Below, piece by piece: positions 59,101-64,000 of a stretch of 64,000 nt of DNA. Position numbers and translations under genes: made by a program. Under the pieces are notes generated by a model. The model had not been told where the DNA came from, ran no database searches, and was given only the letters and a program-made list of their open reading frames with translations. Location of the stretch: assembly GCF_009914755.1 (NCBI RefSeq), contig NC_060930.1; one strand, 5' to 3'. How positions within the stretch are numbered: position 1 is the stretch's first letter; the number at the start of each line of letters is the position of its first letter. The stretch is from the human T2T-CHM13v2.0 reference genome, Homo sapiens.

Positions 59101-59545
59101 ATATTCTCCTTTGACCATGCAACGTGAAATATGAGGACTTAGCCATGTCTTCCCTACCCTAACACCAAACCAACCAAAAGGCAGCCTTTTCATTCATCTA
59201 ACTTCTCTGCAGTTAGAGCGTGTTTTGGGATAGATCGGTGCTCTGCATTAGGTTATTTTGACTGATGCTATCCACAGGTAAAATATTTAGTAAACTGTAA
59301 TTACCTTTTCTCTTTCACATAACTTTTTCTTCAGTCTTTTTTTGTCTGCTTAGTTTTCTGTATGCTTTTCAATAATGCAAACACATACTCTCTGCAAATT
59401 GCCTGAACTGACTCTCAATACATTCACATACATCGCTCTTTTTGTTTGATCTTTTGGAGATGTCTGTCCCAGAGCCTCTGACCTGCCCCTGCCTAGGCAG
59501 GCTGTTCTTTTATCGTATAGGTATACTGCTTCCTGTGTCTTCCTG

Positions 59546-60130
59546 TGTATTATGTTTTTCAGGCGTTCAGTTGGAGGGCCAGAAACCACACTAGCTATTT
59601 TAAACAGAAAGAGACTTAAAACAGATATTAGGTGCTTTCTAAATTATTGGAAGGGCTGGAGGAGTGGGCTTGAGACTAGGTTTCCAGCAATGCTCCAGAA
59701 CCACACAGCTGCCCTGGCCTGCCAGGGGTGTTGCTTTATCTGCCACTTTGGGATGGGAGGGAGTCAGGAGGCCGCCTCTGTGACTATTCACTTCAAGAAC
59801 ATTCTGCTGTAGCTGCAGTCCAAGGATCAGAACCTTACATTGCAGCTACTGCCTCTTGATACCCATGAAGCTGGTGACTGACTGCTGGAGTACTTATAGA
59901 ACAATCCAGTAGCCCTCTACATGCCGACCAGGAGAACGAGCCAAGCTGCAGAATGATGGCCTCCACCTTCACTTCTCAAGTCTTACTTGAGTACATCTAA
60001 TTGGAGAAACCTAATTTACTCAAGGAACTCAGTTGTCAGGAAGGCCAGGAAATGTGGTGTTTAGCTTTGTGGATTCTGTAGTACAGAAAGGCAGATGGGA
60101 GTGGAAATGAATGCTGAGTGCCATTCCACC
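59546..60130. mobile_element. Old MaLR/ERVL-type LTR relic
   Basis: Begins tgtatt..., agaaaccacactagctattttaaacagaaag; family not resolved. Confidence 0.4.
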
Positions 60131-60222
60131 ATACACACCACACCAGGGCTGTGTGTGTGTGTGTGTGTTTGTGTATGTGTGTGTGTTTATGGGCTTGTTT
60201 TGATGGACTGCAGACATTTTAA

Positions 60223-60522
<300 letters not shown>

Positions 60523-60752
60523 CAGATATTTTAATTTCTGATCATTTATTTGTAGCCAGTTTTTCTCCCTGGGACTTAACATTTTTTTAATAGCTTATTG
60601 AGGAAAACTTTAGGTAATTATTCAAGGATTATTTAGTAAATTTATAGAGTTTTCCAGCCACCATCACAATCAACCCCAAAAAGTTTCCTCATGCCCATGT
60701 GCAGCCAGTCCTGACTCTCTGCCAGCCCCAGGCAGCCACCTGTTCTACTTCC

Positions 60753-60810
60753 TTTTTTTGAGAGGGGGGTCTCACTGCTGTTGCCCAGACAGGAGTGCAG
60801 TGGTGCGATC
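60753..60810 (-). mobile_element. Severely 5'-truncated Alu (~58 bp) inside L1
   Basis: ttttttttgaga...tctcactgctgttgcccagacaggagtgcagtggtgcgatc, flanked by ct(g/a)ttctactt. Confidence 0.75.
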
Positions 60811-62120
60811 CACTATTCTACTTTCTATAGATTTGTCTTTTCTTGACATTTTTGGTAAATGGAATCATACAATATGTAGTCTTTGGCATGTGGCTTTTTT
60901 CACTTAGCACAGTGTTTTGCGGTTCATCCTATTAGCATGTCTCAGTAGTTTGTTCTTTACTATTGTTGAATAGTATTGTACACATTTTATTTATCTATTT
61001 ACCAGTCAGTGGGCGTTTAGATCCTTTACAGTTTTTGTCTGTAATGAATAAAGATGCTATAAACAGTCACATACAGGTCTTTATGTGGCCATATGATTTC
61101 ATTTCTTTGGGGTAGGCACCCAGGAGTAGAATTGCTGGGTTGTATGGTAAGCTTATGATTGACTTTTAAAGAAACTGCTGAACTTTTTCTAAAGTGACCG
61201 TACATGAGCAATACATGAGGGTTCTAGTTTCTCTACATCTTCACCAACACTTTGTATTATCTGACTTTTTGAAAATAGGCATCCCAGTGAGTTTGTATCT
61301 CGTTAGTTTTACTTTACATTTTCCTCTTGAATAATCATGTTAAGCATCTTTTCATATGCTTAGTAGCCATTTGTATATATTTTCTGATTAAATACCTATT
61401 CAAATATTGCGCCCATTTTTAATTGGATTATTTGTCTTATTATTCAGTTGTAAGAGTTCTTTATATATTCTAGATATAAGATCTTTATTATATGTATGAT
61501 TGCTTATATTTTCTTCTAGTCTGTGGCTTGTCTTTTTATTTTCTTAGTGGTATCTTTTGAAATTTTAAATTTTAATGAAATCTAATTCATCCATTTTTTT
61601 AATGGATTATGATTTTTGTGTTGTACCTAAGAACTATTTGACTAACCCAAGTCACATAGATTCTCCCATATATTTTCTTCTAGAAGTTTATTATTTTATC
61701 TCCTGCATTGTGCTATATTTTCCATTTTGATTTAAATTTTGTGTGTGACATAAGGAAATGTTCTAAATTCATCTTTTTGAATGTGTATATCCATTTGTTT
61801 AGAACCATTTGTTGAGAAAATTAGTCCTTCCCCATTGAATTGCCTTGGTATCTTTGTTGAAAATCTGTATATAGAACTGTGCAGTCTTGACTATTGAAGC
61901 TTTAGAATCTATTTAAAATTGGTTAGTGTTAAGTTCTCAAACTGTTCTTCTTTCAAAATTCTTTTGGCTATTCTACTGCCTTTGTATTAGAATACCAATT
62001 TTGTCAATCTCACAAAAATGTCTGTTGGAATTTTGATAGGAATTTCATCGAATCTTTAGATCATTTAGAGAAAATCGCCATCTCAATAGTATTGAGTTAG
62101 GATGGAATTTATATTTATAT

Positions 62121-62300
62121 CAGAGCTTGGCAAACTTTTTTCTGAAAGGGCTAGGTAGTGAAGAATTATTTTTGTAAGCCCTGCAGTCTCTGCCACAGCT
62201 ATTCAACTCGGCTATTGTGGTGAGAAAGTAGTGTGGACAATGGGCTGTGTTCCAGTAACTATTTACGAAAGCTGGAGGCCGGACCCTGGGCCTCTGACTT
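62121..62300. mobile_element. MER58A-like hAT MITE nested in L1
   Basis: cagagcttggcaaacttttttctgaaaggg...gtctctgccacagctattcaactc...gctgtgttccagtaa. Confidence 0.75.
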
Positions 62301-64000
62301 GATCATCTTTAATTCCTTTCAGCAGTGTTTTATAGTTTTTAGAGTACAAGTCTTGCACTTCTTTAATGAAATTTATTTCTAAGTATTTTATTCTTCTTAA
62401 CGATATTGTGAATGGGATTGCTTTTTAAATTTCATTTTCAGATTGTTTATTCCTAGTACATATAAATATGATTGATTTTCATATGACGATCTTGTATCTT
62501 GTGGCCTTGCTAAAGTTGTTTATTAGTTCTAGAAGGCTTTCAGGAACCTTTCCTTTGTCCTTGTGCGTTCTGAAACCTCACATTGTGTACCTTGGTGTGG
62601 ATCTACTTTCATCCATTGCATGGGCTGACTTTCTTGTCATCTGTAAAAAAACTAACAGTAAAATTCCTTTCTTGAGTTTAGGGCATTTGTTTTGTGGCCT
62701 CGTCTTTGTAAGGAAGGAGAAAGAGCATTGTTATGTTATTATACCTGTATTGAAACTATCATAGGAAAAATTTTCAACAATAATAGGTGTGTTAAAACTT
62801 TAATAATACAAATTATCTGTGGATTTCATTTCTTATGCCTGTGGCATAAATATATCAACAGCATTATGAGCAGATTTGTTTTCTTAAAAAAAAAAAGTGG
62901 GATTAAAGCACATAGCACATGTCATTTTTCTGTTGCCCTGTGCATGAAAATTGCTTGGTGGATTCTGCATAGTGAGTCCCTTAACAGCATGTTTCAACCC
63001 TGCATTTCTTTCATTTTCCTTCTGGTTTACATTACTGATTTCCTCTCTCCCCTTCTCCCAGTAATAGCCAGCTGGGAAAGGCCTTGTTAAAGTGAAGGAA
63101 TGGAAGAGTCTTTAGTAAGGTAATGTAGTCGTGCTAATAACTTCAGGCACAGCAGGTTTCATAAGGGGTTGTTCTAGTGTCGGGATTCATGGCAGGTGCT
63201 GTGGAGTAAACCACGATTCAACCTCTGGACTTAAGTATGTACATTTGGTTGCACTTCTCCATCTTATTTTTTTATTAACCAGTTTATTCATTTCTAAGCA
63301 GCATTTATTGAACACCTGCTGTGTGCTGTTTCCTAGAAATGCAAAGGAAAGTTAGTCCCTGTTAAGGGGCCAGCATTACATTTTGGATAGACAGAAATAG
63401 TTTCTTATGTTGCCACCCAGCTGAGCTTGAGGAACAGGCTGCGACTCGGCAGAGCAGCTGGCTTGATCAGCAGCTGGTTCCACCATATGTGCAGGCTTCA
63501 CACTCCCACAGTGGACAGTCCTGACCTGGACTGGCCCTCAGGCCAGTGTCCTCCAAGTCCATCAGAGCATTCTGGGTGGAGTCATTGGGAATCTTGGGCT
63601 GTCTTCTAGCTTATTCCAGGTCTTCCTCACTATTGGGGATATGTTAGGGGAGAAAGAGCTGCTGCCCGAGTCAGGCCTTGCTGAACCTATAAGATTGCTT
63701 TGTCACTTTTTCCCTTCTCTGTTTCGAATGCTCTCCTTACCTTTACTCAATTGCCAGGAATGAGAACATTCCTTAGTAGTGTTTAGGTTTTCCTCAACCT
63801 ATTAGATACCTATTTTCCTCTTTCATTTATAAGCTCGTATAGTACTGGGACCACATACAGTATTTTCCTATAACTGTGAAATCAGCAGCAGACCAGCATT
63901 CCGTACATTTTTATAATACATGAAAATTTTTCAAACCACAAACCAGAGAAAAGTATCTCTTACAGGGTTAAAGAAAGAAAGAAAGAAAGAAATTGGCCTC

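Larger units (their letters stand above)
60580..62540 (-). mobile_element. L1MB/MC-type 3' region and ORF2 (antisense)
   Basis: aatggaatcatacaatatgtagtcttt, caggagtagaattgctgggttgtatggtaa, gttgtaagagttctttatatattctagata, cttgctaaagttgtttattagttcta. Confidence 0.85.

Overview
Human (or very close great-ape) genomic DNA from the interior of FARS2 (mitochondrial phenylalanyl-tRNA synthetase, 6p25.1), transcribed on the + strand. Only two coding exons are present: a 160-bp exon at 3745-3904 (exon 3 in the usual numbering) and a 132-bp exon at 30262-30393 (exon 4). They are joined in frame across a 26.4-kb GT-AG intron. The rest is intron: about 24 Alu/FLAM/FRAM copies, old L1M, L2 and MIR relics, a full-length antisense THE1 (MaLR) provirus, solo ERVL/MaLR LTRs, Tigger- and hAT-derived MITEs, and micro/minisatellites. 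Almost all ORFs in the supplied track are repeat-derived or chance. I found no new protein-coding or prokaryote-style system. The most unusual signal is three separate, same-orientation, locally templated insertions (59-141 bp, copied from donors 1.0-2.4 kb away, about 92-99% identical). They come with junctional duplications, microhomology and, in one case, an interrupted palindrome. Together they look like a fossil record of repeated template-switch or Pol-theta-type repair in these introns. Also noted: a candidate spliced antisense lncRNA (about 50.9-57.3 kb), a candidate poison exon, and a twin-primed L1. Repeat subfamily names and boundaries of old elements are from recall of consensus sequences and are approximate; mismatch counts were made by eye.
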